DNA from: Lama glama
Taxonomy: Eukaryota
Reading direction: 5' to 3'
Length of the DNA stretch: 64,000 nt
NCBI GenBank assembly: GCA_028534125.1
Contig: CM052818.1
Span: forward strand, 42,782,001-42,846,000
A program made the position numbers and the translations under genes. Under the pieces are notes generated by a model. That model made no database searches, had not been told where the DNA came from, and saw only the letters and a program-made list of their open reading frames with translations. Shown in pieces: positions 62,769-64,000 of this stretch; within the stretch, counting starts at the first letter, position 1; every line of letters starts with the position of its first letter.

Positions 62769-64000
62769 TTTTTCCCCCCTACTTTGAGTTTTAAATAAAA
62801 CAACTTCCCGCAGCAGGAAAGGAGGGGGTCAGGGGTTGGGAGTGCCGCTGGGAGAGTGGGCTCCACTCAGGGCTGGGGGCCTCTGCGGGCGCTGGGGGCA
62901 GAGGCTCGGCTCCGAGGCCAGATCCCGGGCCTGGAGACAGGGGTCTCTCGAGCTTTGGCCTGTGGTTGAAGGACAGGGGAGCACTGCATGCCCAGGGTGT
63001 CCGTTCTTCGGTCCTGGGGCGCAAGAACGGATCCACAGGGAGGCCCAGAGTGTCTGGGGGAGAGGGTGGCTCTTCAGGGCTTGGGCCAGGACAAGAAGAG
63101 GGGCGCCGAGACCGCCCTGTTGGCCTAACCGTGGCCTCCGAGCTCTGCGTCCAAGCGCTGAGCCAGTGTTTTCCAGGTGGCCGACTCGGTGGGGTTTAAT
63201 TTGTTTTCTTTTTCAACGAATTAAATGCACCTGTGCTGGTCGTATTCTCATTTTGGGGAGGCCTCCTACTCCAAGCTCTTCAGCCCAGGACTACTTGCGT
63301 AAGTCAGGGCGGGCCTGTGAGTGGGTCTGGCCGCTCCAAGTAGGTGCAAGCAGACGAGGGTGCTCCATGGGGGCCCAGGCCCAAAGGCAACCTCCAGTCT
63401 GAGTCTGCCGTTCGCTGCTTCTCTTCACCAGGTTTCAGACAGGAAGACAGCCAGAGGGGCAGGCAGGAGGACTTGGGCATCAAACCTCTCCTCCTACTCT
63501 GTGCCGTTTAGAAAGAAAGTCACCTTCTGGAGAATCTGCGTCCTTGCTCAAATGAACTGGTAATGCCAGGCTTCGGCCTAGAAGGCTGTAGTAGGTTATA
63601 CGTGGAATTGCAGTGACCGGCTGACATTCTATGACTGGGACTTTAAGCAGCTAAATTGTACACCAAGAACATTCATGGGTGATGTTTTGGCCTTTAGATG
63701 GTTAACACGAGGGCTTTGATAGAAAAGTCTAGAGCGCCTTTCCTAGATTCTGTCTTAGTTTTGTTTTGAATTTCATCCCGGAAAACAGGGAGCTGTGGAC
63801 ACTTGGATTCATTTAGCTTCCGGAGGCTATGGAATCCTATCCATGTGGCCTTAAGTTGGTTCTAGACTGTTCCCTTTAAAAGCCCAGAATGTGGGTTTCA
63901 GAGACCCATCCTGAGGTCGATGGCAGAGAAATGTTGCATTTTCAGTCAATGAACAAATAAAAAGGAATACGATTTCCTCCTCTGTCAGCAACATGGCATC

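Noticed and set aside
62836..63402. 188-aa ORF downstream of the orphan promoter
   Set aside because: Non-ATG start, GC-driven composition, no recognisable homology, and it lies beyond the candidate donor.
1..64000. Prokaryote-type systems (CRISPR arrays, operons) or an intact ERV/transposase
   Set aside because: No regularly spaced repeat-spacer arrays and no long gag/pol/env or transposase ORFs; the sequence is mammalian intergenic DNA around one gene.

Overview
Mammalian genomic DNA, most likely camelid (alpaca/camel lineage), inferred from tRNA-derived Vic-1-like SINEs and artiodactyl-type L1 3' ends; I saw no ruminant or pig SINEs. There is one convincing protein-coding gene, LRATD1 (FAM84A), on the minus strand. 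Its 292-aa CDS (29218-30096) lies in a single exon, preceded by a probable non-coding first exon and a GC-box/CCAAT promoter in a CpG island (~28.4-32.1 kb), and followed by a long, repeat-poor putative 3'UTR with several polyA signals. The rest is intergenic sequence rich in old repeats (MIR, L2, L1M, MaLR/ERVL LTRs, hAT and TcMar MITEs) plus several young TSD-flanked L1 and SINE insertions. The most notable unexplained element is a second, orphan promoter-like CpG-rich segment at ~62.4-63.4 kb (E2F site, GC box, several CCAAT boxes, then a GTAAGT splice donor) pointing away from LRATD1. I see no evidence of a wholly new multi-gene system. All other ORF-track entries look like noise. Repeat family names and boundaries are by eye and from memory of consensus sequences, so they are approximate.
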